This document shows positions 29,438-42,900 of a DNA stretch of 64,000 nt, piece by piece (positions within the stretch are counted from its first letter, which is position 1; every line of letters begins with the position of its first letter). A program made the translations under genes and the position numbers. The notes below the pieces were generated by a model that saw only the letters and a program-made list of their open reading frames with translations, made no database searches and had not been told where the DNA came from. Origin of the DNA: Lama guanicoe (Eukaryota); NCBI GenBank assembly GCA_013239625.1, contig MU053629.1, positions 2,569,567 to 2,633,566 of the forward strand, written 5' to 3'.

Positions 29438-29674
29438 CTGGATCCCCAAATAACTTGGACTCAATTTCACGCTTTTGAAGGAAAAATTTCTCTTTTTCTT
29501 TCCTCTGTTTCTTTTCTAATTCCCTTTTTCTCTCTTCCTCTTGTTCTCCTTCCAACATAACTCTGAGGGCTCTCTCTTCAGCTTCATACAGTTCAGAGCG
29601 CTTTTTAATGAGTTTTCTTAGTCGCTGAAGGTGATGCTCAAAAGTCTCATCTGCTGAGGCCGGGGGACAGACCC
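29438..29674 (-). CDS. PDCD7: PDCD7 exon 3 (VCPPASADETF...KLFGDP)
   Basis: ttgcccag|GG acceptor, CAG|GTAAGT donor. Confidence 0.95.
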
Positions 29675-30109
29675 CTGGGCAAAGAGAACCAAATGGCATT
29701 TTAGACACAAACTTTTTCTTGTCCACAAATTCATGCTCTAAAGAGCAGACTCAAAGTCCTACTTTCAGTATGAATTTGGCTAGAGTTTACAAGTTCTAAT
29801 CAATCTTCAAAGGCTCAATTTGATCTTCTTGAGTCTTCAACTAATCTGACTCTCCCCTGATTTTTGCTAACTCCTCTTTCTGGATCACACCACTTAACCT
29901 TTGATTTAGATCCTTCAGTTGGAGAATTCCTCTACTAAAGGAAGGAATTTGTCACTGACTTCTTTATTGTAAAATTTCTATAGCACAGACTCCCAGAACC
30001 AACTAATAAACAATTCTTCCTCTGATAAGAGTACGAACTTGGACACTTGGACAGCGAGGAGGAAATATACTTAACCAACCACAATAACCTCACAGTCTGC
30101 TGCTGAGAG

Positions 30110-30192
30110 CAGGGCGACCAAATGTTTCATTTGCCTGGTTTTAGGAATGAAAGCCCAGTGTCCTGGGACACCTGGGATGACTGGTCACCCTG
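30110..30192. mobile_element. Short hAT-Blackjack MITE (MER94/MER81-like)
   Basis: TIRs CAGGGCGACCA and TGGTCACCCTG. Confidence 0.65.
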
Positions 30193-31467
30193 ATTTAACT
30201 GTGAAGTCAGCTAACAGTAGAGTCTACATGGCGAGAGTCACAACTGGGAAGACTTGATTACAGACTAATTGTTAGGTGATATCAAAGAATTACCACTAAT
30301 TTTGTTAGGTGTGATAATGACATCATAGGTGATGATGGGTGTTTTATTTAGGTGTTCTGTTTTTGTACACGTCTGAAATTTTTCATAAAATTTCATGAGG
30401 AAAAAACTTCTAATTTAATGAATACTTAGGTGGATTGCAGTTGTGCACTCACTACCATAATGGCCCTGCAGGATAAAAGCTGCTGAAGCTGCGAGGTGAT
30501 TCATTCTGGAGTAATATGGGTGTGGTCCATCCTGACTATAAAGGAAAATCTATTTATTATGAAAAGCATTTTAACAGTACCAGATACAAGGAAGAAAAAA
30601 AAAATCCTAAGCCCACTAACATAATCAACCATTTTTATTTCCCCATGTTGAACCTCCAGGTGTTTTGTCCATATAGTTCTACATTATGTGTGTAATTTCC
30701 ACATCTCCATTCCCTACACTCTTTTCCAGTCTTTATAATTACTTAATTACAAATCATTGCACCATAATTTACTTAACAAGCTCCCTATTCCTGGAAACTT
30801 AGGCTGCTCCAAATGTCCCATTATCATATAAGGCTACAATGAATACTCGGGCATGTTTACTTTTTCCTTCCCATGGATTATCTCCGTAAAAGAAATTCTC
30901 AAGAGTGGAAATGTTTACAGATATTTCCAAGACTAACCTAAATGTGGTACTAAACTGTTTCCTAAAATAACTATACATTTACTCAGTATCTAACATTTGA
31001 CACAGAGAAAGTAATAAACATTTATGTCTTCAAGGAATGAAAGATTTTCAACAGTTTTGGCAGTTTATGCTGCCACAGTCAGGTACAATATTGCCAGCTT
31101 TGAGCACTCGATTTTCAATTTTGGCTGATAAATGTCATAAAATAATAGTTCCTTAAATACAGCAGTTCTGTCTTGTGAAGCTGTTTGATTTGGAGGTCTG
31201 ATTCTTTTCTGCCTCAGAGACTGCAGCTCTCCTGTCTTTACCTCCAAAGCTAATATTTCTCCAGATCATTTTCTTACGATTTCTTTGGTTGAACAAGTTT
31301 TCATCCACTCATTCCCACCTATGGAAACTCTACTAACTCAAATCCATCTTCTATTAAGTTGCCAACGTCTTCCAAAACATAAAATTTGTATGCACTGAGA
31401 AATTTAAGCTGCCAATATTTTGCTTCATAATAATTTCATAGTTTTGTTTAATTTCTTTATCTCAACC

Positions 31468-31570
31468 AGAGGTGGGTAAACATTTTCTATAAAGGGCCAG
31501 ATAGTAATATTTTAGGTTTGTGGGTCATACGGTCTCTGTAGTAAGTACTAAAATCTGCCGGGACAGCAAA
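31468..31570. mobile_element. MER58-like fragment (similar pieces at ~15650-15840 and ~44668-44870)
   Basis: aaacattttctataaagggccagatagtaatattttagg motif. Confidence 0.65.
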
Positions 31571-34500
31571 AATACAGACATTCCATCAACCTAAAAGTGC
31601 CTCCAGACCCATGAGAAGGTGTGGCCTGCTTCCCTCTTGATCGGCTGGGCCTGCGCCCTGCTCCCCAACCTCCCTTTCCCTCAACTTTTCAGGGATCACT
31701 CCTGCCCACCATGACACACTCTCTCGGAAAGGGTACTCCTCACCCAATCCTCCTTGGACCCCCCCCAGTACTGACATGGTCTAGGTTCCCTCCACCTCTA
31801 ACCGTAACTTCTCTAGTTTCCGCAGCTCCTGGGTACTAATGCCTTCGTCTTTATCCCCCTTCAGCCACCCAGAACTTAAGGCCTCACCCAGTCTGTGGCC
31901 CTTGGCATGATCAGAAAAAAGTGTCCACCTCTGAAGTCACAGACCCAATTATTCTCTTCTCTGACTTTCTACCCTCTGGGTACTTACCTCCTTCTTTTCC
32001 AAGACTGTCAGTGTCACTAAAACCTCCATTCTGATATATCAGATTCCACCCTTCTTCCACTCATTCTCACTCATAAAGCAAAACCCCAGAGCCCTGTGCT
32101 CTGTGCTCGCCTGTCAGAGTCATTTGATTATGTGACCTAGTGCCAGCATACAGTTATATGCTCTGGACTCATAATAGCACCTTCCTGCAGCCTTACTCCC
32201 ATGCGTCTCTGGTTGGCTCTCACTCATGCCTCACAGCAATCATTTCAAACCTTCACTGCTCTCCTGAAGCCTTATTTCTCTACTCTTAGCAAACCATGTA
32301 GCATTTTCCCCAGAGAAAACAGGCCATCAGGCAGGAAATCCCTTAACTTTCGGCCCCTGACTTCACTTATCTGTGTATTACTACTCACCCTTGTATTCAT
32401 TTCCATTCAAGTGAAAGATGGGTCCTTCTTCACTTAAGTTAACCCCTCCACCTGGGATCTGAATCTCCCAACCTCCTGCAGGACCTTGAGCCATCAACTA
32501 TCCCTCCTGCTTCTCTTCACAGGCAAATTTTTAATAAGTTAAACTCACTGTTTGCTTTTCTTACCTCCTGTTCCCTCTTTGATTGAGTCTAGTCCAGCTT
32601 CTACTCAAACCGCCCCATTGGAATGCACCTAACATAGGTCACTAATGATCTATTTGGTACTAATTCCCATGATGTTTCTTAATCTTTATATTACTAAAAA
32701 AAAAAAAAAAGTAACACTTATACAGTACTTACTATATGCCAGGACTATTTTGAACACTTTCTGCATGTTTACTAATTTAATCATCGCAAGACCCCCCATG
32801 GATAGGTACTATCTTTTTCCCCTTCTTACAGATGAGGAAAAACCAATGCTCAAGATCACACAATCTCTCTGAGCATCTACCACTTTCCAGAAGGTCCTTT
32901 CCTCCTAGCTCTCTGAGCTCCCTTGATCTCTTTTGTGGCCTTCACCTTATCCATCTTGATTTTGACACTCCCTAGGTTTTGCCTTTTTGGCCCTCATCTC
33001 ACACTACAAAATCTCCTCAAGGTCATTCCTCCTCACGGGTCCATCCTGATGAACTCTTATCCAGAATGCACCACAGGTACCACCAACTCAGAAGGCCTCA
33101 AACTGAACTCGTCAGCCCCAAGCCTATTCTTCCTCCTGATCTGCTGGCCAGTCAGTCAGAATGGATCATCATTCAGTCAATAGGTTAAGTGAGAACCTGA
33201 GTCACTGTTTTCCTTCAGCTCCCACATGCTGAGTTCCCCATTAGATATACACACTATTCATATCTCTTAAATCCACTTACTGTTCCCCAACTCACCATCT
33301 GACCCTTAGCTCACACTCCCTTATTATCCCTGCCCAGACTACAGCAGCCTTATCAGTCTCTCTCTTTCTTCCTCTCTCCTAGAAACCCCAAACTTTGCTC
33401 TGCTCTGCCAGCACAGATCTTTGTCATCGTTCCACTCTCTGCTTGCAATCTTCCCCTTGGGAAGATTTTCCACTCAGCTTTAAGCATGGGTGAGATGTCT
33501 AGCCTAGCCCATAAGACATTCTGCAACACGGCCCTGCTTACACATCCAAGCTCATTCTCTCAGCACTTACTTGGAGATGCACACGGCTTAGAGAGAAGTC
33601 AGAAAGTTGCTCTGTTTTTTTTAAAGTATCTAACAAAACCAGTTACTAGATACTAAATCATTTCACATTCTAGTCAGTTAACTCCACTGAGCCTGCTTAT
33701 TTTTAGAGCATAATTTCTCCTAAAATTTCTTCCTTCTTTTCGACAAAAGTGAGGAAGACTAATAGTGAAAAATTATGCTGGTAAATTCACTTGGTAAAAG
33801 TTTACTGAACATTCACTTCACGGAGGACATGAGGTAGGGGAATATTAAATAGCAGCCCTCAGGTTTTGCATTCTTGTAAGGAAGAGATATAGGAAGACAC
33901 AGTAGATGCAAACATCCCTCTGACTCATGAATACCCTGTGGGATCATCTGATTGAGACTGAATCTGAGCCAGCCAGTCCAGAGGCTGGCATGCAGAAGCT
34001 AATCATTTAGCTAGTGAATGAGCCTGACCGAATGTACATGTCCCAACAAAATTTTATTAAGGGTCTGAATTGGAGTTTTCAATTATATTTTAAACCACAC
34101 AAGGAAAATTATTTGTTATTGTGGTACTTGCTAATTTGTGTACTCTCAAATACCCCTGGTGAATGTGTATGGCCGACAGCCCACTAAACAAGGCAGCATG
34201 TTGTCCCAAGCCAGGTGCAAATGAGAAGGAGCAGTTAGGTCACCTCGGCCCAGATCAGAGAAGGATGGAGGATGCTGCATCTGTATTTATTTTTGAAGGA
34301 TAGTGAGAGCGTAAAACGGCCAAGATGGGACTCTCCAGACAAACAGACTGGCAAGAGCAAAGATCCAGACAGGAAAACAAAAAGCACAGCTGGGGAGCTT
34401 CTAGAAAACAGTGCTCCCTCTAGAGGCAAGAGGAGACCACTGAGGTTTTCTGAGTCCAAAAGTGACATACCATGCAGTCTGCAGGGCACTCCCTGCCCCA

Positions 34501-34945
34501 TGCAACCATCCTACCTCTTCAAATATCAATGTTTCAGGTTTGGAATGTATCTGAAGGACTATGCTAAGTTTTCCACACCTTCTGAAGCACCAAGTAAAGA
34601 AAGGACAACTTTCACCTTAACATACGGGCAAAGTTGACCAGCCATGCCAACCTCACTCAAAAAGCGTAGCCAGGAATGCCTAGGGTGGGAATGATGAGTT
34701 AAGAGGAAGACAGTGCAGTGGGTTCCCACATCCTTTTTAATCTTGGCTACCCAGGGCTAAACATCTTCTGAGGCTTCCTGCTTCAAAAGTTCTGAGGTAC
34801 TGCTGACAAGTTTAGTTACCCTATTGGGTGAAAATAATGAAGTATCAAGCATTTTTCCTTCAAAAATTTGAGAGGGTGGTGGATGCTAGGGTAAAGAAAG
34901 AGAAGGAACAGGGGAACAGAAGAAGAAATGCAAAGCCATAGTTAC

Positions 34946-35084
34946 CTTTCCTTGCTGCAGCCTCTTTCCTGAGTTTCCTCAATTTTTCCAAGGCCCGAAG
35001 AATGTCCACCATTCTTTTGGTGTCTGCTTGTTTTTTCCTCACTTCAGATAAGACACCATCAGCAGCAGCTTTAAGTTCCTGCTC
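34946..35084 (-). CDS. PDCD7: PDCD7 exon 2 (EQELKAAADG...EAAARK)
   Basis: ccctcag|GAG acceptor, AAG|GTAACT donor. Confidence 0.95.
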
Positions 35085-37084
35085 CTGAGGGACAAAGAGA
35101 GGCCATGAGATCTAGTACAAGGAACAACTTATCTCAGCAGAGAAACCCTGCTTGGAAGGGAGATTTCAGAGGACCAGACAGTCCCAGGGTTAAGAAAGAC
35201 TCTACTGGCTCTGCATCCCAGTTTCCCGGACCATGCACAACTCCCCTCCACACTGGTTCAGCCAAGGGATTATTTTCTCTGCAGCCTCCATGTGGGCTCT
35301 TGTCTCGGTTTCTTCCTCAGAGCTTCTCCAAGTGTAGTCCGAGGAACATCTATATACAATTTGTCTTGTTAAGCTGGGGCTCCCTTGTTAAAAATTCAGA
35401 CTTTGGGATCCAAAGATTCAGACTAGCAGGGAAGATAAGGAATGGGGCTGGAAAGGCCCAGAACTCTATAACGTTCTCAGTGACAACTTAAGCACAGTTT
35501 ATGTTCCACTGCTGTAAGGTCCCAAGGATCTGTTTGATATGACAGCTGTTCAAACATCTGAAGACCCAACCTTACTCTTCTTAAGCTGGTTCACATGTAG
35601 ACTAAACAACCCTGGTTCCTCAAGTCGCTACTCACAGGACTCTGTCTCCAAGTACCCTGACAGTGAGTGGCAGGAAGGACCCTTCTGACTAAAGCTCTCT
35701 TTCCCATCTGGCAAATAAATGCCTGTAATTTCACCATTACAGATACACCATGCTATTTCACTCTTTTGCTTGTATTACTTCTTCTTCTGGAACTGCACCT
35801 CTTGCTTTCACCTGGCTCTGACATTTCCTACAAGACTCAGTTCAAGGTCACCATATCATCTGGGAAGACTTCCTTGATATCTTCCCTTAATGAATTAGAA
35901 ATTCCTTCTCTGGGCTTTATAGCACCTACAGTTGAAATCCTAACACACACCATGCAATACAGACATGTTCCCTCATAGTGTTCTAAGCCCCTCAAGGACA
36001 AGCACTATGTCCTATTCATCTCTATCTCCAGCACCCAGCACCGGATCTGCCATAATGGCCCCTCATTAAGTCTGTTGAACCAACTCAAACTCCCTTGGAT
36101 TAAGGTATTGCCTCCAAGTATTTTCCTTTAAAGTACTGATATATTCCTGGAGGCATGAAGACAAAGCCTGCCGTCAGTACACTTCAGAGGGTAGTTGTAT
36201 CAGATTCTAGGGCAGTAACAGACACAGGGAAGAGGGAGGAAACACCAGCTGGCTGTGGAGAGTGGAGGGGAGAGGGAGTCCCTAGAGGCACTCAAAAGTA
36301 ATGAGAAAGCCTTAAATATTTGATCAATTTCCAGTTTCACCCTGGCCCTCAACTTAAGAACCTGAGATCAATAAGCTTTAGAATGTGACAATCTGGGCTC
36401 AGATCAGGTGTGAAACTGCCACAAACCTCTTGTGTGGATAGTTGGAAAGTTAATCTCTCTATGCCTCAATTTCCTAATCTGTAAAACTGGGATTAATACT
36501 GTCTACCTGGGGTAGACAAGAATTCGAGATCTGGCACATGTAAGGACCTAAGCATAGTGCCTAGTATACAGTAAGTGCTCAAAAACACCATTGTTGAACC
36601 TGGGGAATATGAGGTTTAAAACTTGTAAACATAGGAATCCTGGAGAAATCACCACTCTTACTCCATCAGCTAATTAGGGTATATGTTCCTCGAGACAAGA
36701 CTCCAAGTTCTCTTTATTCTGTATTCTTAAAATCACCTAGGGCAGTACAAGACCCAAGGACCCAGATGCTCGTTTGTCTTGAATGTTAGCAAGTGGACAG
36801 AACGTTGGAGCAGGAGACAGATCCGTCATCCCTTAAAAACGACTGTGTAATCCTACACTTTGAATTTAGAGAACTTTGCAGAACACCTAAAGCATTTGTG
36901 TTGTGTACTACACACCATTAACACGCAACCATTATGGAGATACGAGGTCGGAAAGGCAACTTGTGTTTTTATTTTACGAATTTGGAAAGAGAGGCTTAGA
37001 CCTGGGAAATGACAGCGCACAGCCTCACGCCCTATCAGGTGCCAAACACCCTACCCTTCCCCCGTGTGCACCCGCTGTTCTTAC

Positions 37085-37957
37085 CCGTTTCTTCTCCTCC
37101 ACCTCCTGCACGCACTTGACCCTCCAGCGGTCAATCTCCTGCTCGCGCTCGGCTGCCCGCGCGGCCTCTGCCTCCCGCTCGGCCTCGCGTTCCCGGGCCC
37201 TCTCGCGAAGCCGCAGCCTGCGGCGCCGGACCCTCTCCAGCCTCCGCCGCGCCTCGCCCACATAGGCGGCCTGGGTCAGCAGCTGCAGTCTCTCGGCCAG
37301 CTCGGCGCGCAGCGGCTCGGCCTGCGCATGCAGCTGTGCCCAGGCCGGGCCGTCGGCCTCGGCCTCGCGCAGGGCCTGGCCCAGGTCGCGCAGCCGTCGC
37401 ACCAGGCGCAAGGCCCCGCGCAGCCGGGCGCGCACCTCGCCCAGGCTGGGCCCGGCGGGCGCGCGCGGGGGCACTGGGCAGCCGGCCCGCCGCGGGGCTC
37501 CGAACACCGCCTCTAGCCACTGCCGGTCGCGCAGGCGCTGCAGGACCGCGTCCCCGAGCACATCGGACGGCGGCGGCGCTTCAGGCCAGCGCGGGCTCCA
37601 GGGCGGCCCTGGGCCTGGAGGCGGCGGCCGCGGGCGCTCACCGGCGTCGGTCCCCAGGAAGGGCCGGCACTGGGGCGGTGGCGGAGGCAGCGGCGGTGGT
37701 GGCACCGGATAGAAGGCGCCGCCGCCGCCGCCGCCGCCGCCGCGGGAGGCTTCCCCGGGGCCCCGGGGCTGCAGAGCTAGCGGGGGCTGGAGGAAGGGGG
37801 CGGAGGCCCCCGGAAAGGGGCCGGGCCGCTGGGGAAGAGGTGGCGGGAAAGCCGAGGAGGGTAGCGGCGGGGGCGGACAGCCGAAGGGAGCGGGAGGCGG
37901 CGGCTGCGGGGGTGGGGGGCCCGGGCGACCTGGGGCGAAGAAGGGCGGCAGGGCCAT
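37085..37957 (-). CDS. PDCD7: PDCD7 exon 1 (291 aa)
   Basis: Kozak GCCATGG at 37957; CGG|GTAAGA donor; CpG island. Confidence 0.95.
37718..37741 (-). repeat. PDCD7: Coding (GGC)8 poly-Gly tract in PDCD7
   Basis: Eight perfect GCC units on the plus strand. Confidence 0.95.
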
Positions 37958-38634
37958 GGCCACGACGAAGGGATTCTGAGAAGTGACGGGAATCTGAGTG
38001 GTTCCTCAAGATAGGGTCTTCCGGGAGGAAGTGACGTAGTACCACGCGCGACACCAGTTTGACGCACCCGACCCAGAGAGCCCGGCGAATGGTGGTCGTT
38101 CATTCAATCCTTCCGTTTATGAATATTGTCCTTACACTGCAGTCCAGATACGGAGCTAGCAGCTTTACAGTGAGACTAACAGACAGTCCCGCTCCTCGTA
38201 GAACTACCTGTCCAGTAAAGAAAATTCATTAATCAAGTAATAATGCAAAAAAAAATGCAGAAGTGCAGCAGTGAATATATACTACCAAAGAGGAAAACGG
38301 GGCAAGAGGAGCTTATAGGAGAATTTGAGTTAAGAAGGCTGGGGAATGTTGTTTGAGACTTTATCTGAGGTCTGAAGGGTAAGTATGTGTTAAATAGTGG
38401 AAGAGAGGGAGGCACAGTTCAGATGGGAACAACATTTACAAAAGCCCCCTGTTAGACTATAGGAGTAGGTCTGCTGCGGGAATTCACAGAATGCCAGGGT
38501 GGATAGAGTACAGAAAGTCCGACCGGAGCCTGGTGATCCTGGGAGCTGGACAGAGATCGTAGCGTCCAGGATCTCATATCTTAAGAACACTGGGAAATCA
38601 CTGGAGAGTTTTTAGCAGGAGGGTAACAGAAGGC

Positions 38635-39915
38635 TCTTTGAGATAATTGTAGATCATGTGCAATTGTAATAAATAGTACAGCAAAATCCTGTGTACTCTC
38701 CCAATTTCTCCCAATTGTAGTATCTTGCAAAACTGTATTACAGTATCACAGCCAGGATGTTGACCTTGATGGTCAAGATACTGAACATTTCCAAACTTTC
38801 AGGATCCCTTATTTGCCCTTTTATAGTCCCACCCACTTTCCTTCCTAAACCTCTGGCAGCCACTATCTGGTCTCCATTACTGTAACTTTTGTCCTTTCAA
38901 GAATGTCATATAAATGGAACCACATAGTACATAACCTTCTGGGATTTGTTGTTCTCACTCAGCATAATCCTCTGGAACTACATTCAGGTGGTTGTATCAG
39001 TGTTCCTTTTTATTGTAATCAAGTGTGCAAAAAAGGTGTGGATTAAACGAAACCATACTTTAATTACTCATCTGCTGAAAGACATTTGGATTGTTTCCAC
39101 TTTGGGACTATCATGAATAAAGCTGCTATAAACATCTGTATACAGGTTTTTGTGTGAACACAAACCATCATTTCTCTGGAATAAGTGCCCAGGAGCACAA
39201 TTGCTGGATCATATGCCAGTTAAATGTTTAGTTTTTAAAGAAATTGCCAAATTGTTTTCCACAGTGGTTGCAGCACTGTACATTCCCACCAGATATATGA
39301 ATCATCCCTTTTCTCTGCATTCTCATCAGCATTTTGTGTTACTATTTTTTATTTTAGACATCCTGATAGGTATGTAGTGTTATTTTATTGTGGCTTTAAT
39401 TTACACTACCTTAACAGCTAGTTATGTTGAGTGTCTTTTTATTTGCTGATTTGCCAGCTGTATACCCTCCTCATTAAAATGTCTGATCATGTCTTTTGCC
39501 CATTTTCTAAATGGACCGTTTGGTTTTCTACTATTGAAATTTGTGAGTTCGTTTTATACTCTAGATACTTGTCCTTTGTATGTGGTTTGCACATATTTTT
39601 CCCAGTTTATAGGTTGTCTTTTCATCCTGTTAACATGCTTTTTGGTTTGTCCTTTTTTTCAGAGCAAAAGTCCTTAATTTTTATGAAGTCCAACTTAATG
39701 AGTCTTTCTTCTTATGGGTCACGCTTTTGGAGGCAAGTCTAAGAACTCAGTCCTAGATCCTGAAAAATTTCTCCTGTGCTTTTTCTAAAAGTTTTATAGG
39801 TTTACATTTAAGTCTGTGATCCATTTTGAGTTAATTTTTGTATGAGGTGTGAGACTTTGGTTGAGGTGTCCTCCTCACCCCCCTACCCCAACTTTGGATA
39901 TCCAGTTGCTCTAGC
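38635..39915 (-). mobile_element. L1 (L1MC-like) 3' fragment, reverse orientation
   Basis: T-rich reverse L1 motifs (atgaataaagctgctataaacat; gtgatccattttgagttaatttttgtat). Confidence 0.85.
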
Positions 39916-42900
39916 ATCTCATGATTAGATCTTTACTTTTTAAAAGCAGTCAAGTAATAGATGATACCCTGGGTAAGAGTCCAGCTCTGTATCATGAGAA
40001 GAACCAATCAGAGCCTGACCCCACTTCCCAAGGGACTTCTAGTATTTCTCAGAAACTCTTTGTAATATTCTACATAGTATTTACTTATATCTTATATATT
40101 AAGTAATTATGTAATACTGTATGTAATATTTAAAGGCTTCAGTTTTCATCTTAAAATGTATTAGGTAAGGTATGGATATAACTTATTGTCTAGATGGATA
40201 CTCAGTTCTCAATGTAATTTATTGCATGTTTTTTCTAATTTTTCTAATACTAAATTCATATATATGTGTGTATGTATATATTTTTTTTTGCGGGGGAGGG
40301 GGGTGGGGATCTATTTCCAGACCTTACATTCTTTTCCATTGATCTGTCATACACTGGTACACACTTAAATTTTTAAAGGTTTATATTATTTTAAAAATAC
40401 AAGATGCAGTCCCTCCTCATTCTTCTTTTGGTGTGTTAAGTGGAGAGGCTCTGGAACCAATCTACCTGAGGTTAATTCCTGGCTGTTACTTACTAGTTGT
40501 GTGACTTTGGGAAAGCTACTTACCACTCTAGGCTTGAGTTTCATCATCTAGAAGGATTGATAATACCATCTACCTCATAGAGTTGTGCTAAAATGAACAA
40601 TGACACAGAGTAAGCACTATGAGTGTGCATTATCATTCTGCTTGTTTACCAGCGTATTTTTACACATGAACTTTAGAATCCCTTTGCCTCGTTTAGCTTT
40701 AAAACTTATTGGCATCTTATTGGAATGTTAAATTTATAAATCAACATAGGGATAACAGACACCTTTATAATATTGAGTTTCCCCACTGAAGAACATGGGA
40801 TACCACTTTGCAGACACATTTGCAAAAATACCTACCCATCCACTCTTCCACTTACATTGCTATCATCTTAGTCTAATCCATCATCTTCTGGTAGGACTAC
40901 AATGGGCCTGAGTGTCCCTTATTCAATCATTGCTCGTCTATAGTCTGTTCACTTATACTGCAACCAGAGGCCTTTTAAAACATTGTCTTATTTTATCATT
41001 CCTCTGTGCAAAGCCTTCCAACAGCTTCTCACCTCATTCAGAATCAAAGCCTGGAAGGGAACTGGAAACAGCAAGATCAACATCTAAGGGTTCAAGGGAG
41101 TTGTGTTTTGTTTGCTGATGAGAACTGATCCAAAAAGTGGGATAAAAAGTGATGAGGTAGGAGATAGAGGACAAGTGCTGAAGAAATGTCCACAAGGAGG
41201 CCGCCAGTCATGTTTCCCTCCATTTTCCTCAAAGCCTTCCCTTCCCAACAATCTAAGATCCACATCAAGTGATGGCCAACTTTCCTGCTTAAAGCCCTTT
41301 TAATAACTCCCTATTACTTTTTGCATAAAAGTACAACTTAACCTGGCATAAAAGATATTCTCTAAAAAAAATAAGTAAATGTATGGCACACCAAACCACT
41401 ACGGTAGGTACTGGTTATAGTTAAGAAAACAGGCATGGCCTTCACCACAGTGGGACTATAGTAGTTAGAAAGACAAACAAATGAAAAATAAGCTTGGGAG
41501 GTTTGTTACAGGACAAGAAATTCTAGGCAGTGTTTAGATGCTGCAGGGAATGTTTCAGAAGGAAGGAGACCAATAACGTAGTAACGATACTAACAAAATA
41601 ACAGAAGGCCTTGAGAAATGAGAGGGACGATGGGATCCCCTAATAGTGATGTGGAGGGACTGAGTTTTGATTAAAGGGATCCTTCAGCTGTAATTGGAGA
41701 GAAAGGTTGGGTGCTGAAGCACGTATAGTTTTATAGGTTTGATGGTTCCATCATTTGGTTTCTTAATGAAAGGCAAAGTTGGATGTAGAGGGGAGAGAAC
41801 ATATTCAACGTTCGTCTCAGAGGAGTAATATTTAAGTCATATGTTGCCTGTTTCTCAACTCCTAAAGCTCCCTAGTTGTGTCACATTTCTTGAGATTTTT
41901 ATTTAATTTTCATTATTCCTTTCTGACAAATTCCTACTTGTTCTTCCAGATCCATCTGGGCTACCACCTTTTTGTGCCACCATACCTGGCATCTCACTTC
42001 TGTTGTTATAATGTACTGATGTTTGTGTTTGCTTCCTCTGCTAGACTACTGTGCTTCTTGGAAAGCTTACTAGTGTGGGGCCCATGTAGGATATTTAAGT
42101 AAGGGTTTTCAATCAATGTTTAACATAAACCTTAATAACAGACATTTTGTCTGTGGAATCTACAACTAGAATTTATTAGAGGAATATGAAAGTGTCAAAG
42201 ATCAACCAATCACTAGAATAAAGCAGCTCAGATATCTGCATCCTTTTAAAAATGGCACTGTATTATGGATACACCACTACAATGGCCTTCGTTTAATCCT
42301 TTTGTTTTATTCAAATGCCAAAACAAGTTTCAAGATACAAATCGTAGTTACACTCAGTTGTGTTTAATTTAAAAACATCGATTATGCTTTGTTAACAACT
42401 TCCAAAACCAAATGTAAGTTGTTGTGACTAAATGTCTCCCAGTCTATTTCAGGACGAGTACCCTTAATATATTTAGTTGTTACTCCAATTTTCACTCTAC
42501 AAAAAGGAAAATGAGGCTGTAAGAAAAAGATAGTGAACAGTTATAATATGAAAGACTTCCTGAGAGAACTTTAACCATTGCTAGGGCGACCAAGAAGGAT
42601 ACCTGTTTCTGTTCCATACTAGAGCAACCAGGCTTAAACACTTTGCGAAAGTGCATTTCTGGTCCTACCCCAGCCATAAGTAGTTACCTTATGTCTCTTA
42701 TTACTTCATAGAAAGTCCAACTCTTCATCAACAAGATTTAGAATTTGCTAATAGCTTAAGGTTCTTTTCCTAGGAAAAAGGGGCTAAAAGGAAAACTCAA
42801 GCGTTTATAAGCCAAAAATTGAAAACAAGTATTTAAATGTACTCTCATTTAAACAATTTCAAATGAGGCTGAACTGAATGAATAGTACAGAAACTTCCAT

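Larger units (their letters stand above)
27361..37957 (-). other. PDCD7: PDCD7 gene coding span, join(37085..37957,34946..35084,29438..29674,29083..29170,27361..27484), 486 aa; U11/U12 snRNP 59K protein
   Basis: Pro-rich N-terminus MALPPFF..., charged coiled-coil region, C-terminus ...HDWDQYLVPSDHPKG...WATAIKLH*; 1461 nt in frame. Confidence 0.96.
37050..38100 (-). promoter_or_regulatory. PDCD7: PDCD7 CpG island and promoter with ETS and ETS-CRE motifs
   Basis: Very high GC/CpG content; CTTCCGG 38018-38024; GGAAGTGACGT 38027-38037. Confidence 0.8.

Noticed and set aside
37064..38103. Overlapping alternative-frame and antisense ORFs in PDCD7 exon 1
   Set aside because: CpG-island artefacts with low-complexity Arg/Ala/Gly translations; the ORF-track start at 37963 is a GTG upstream of the real ATG at 37957
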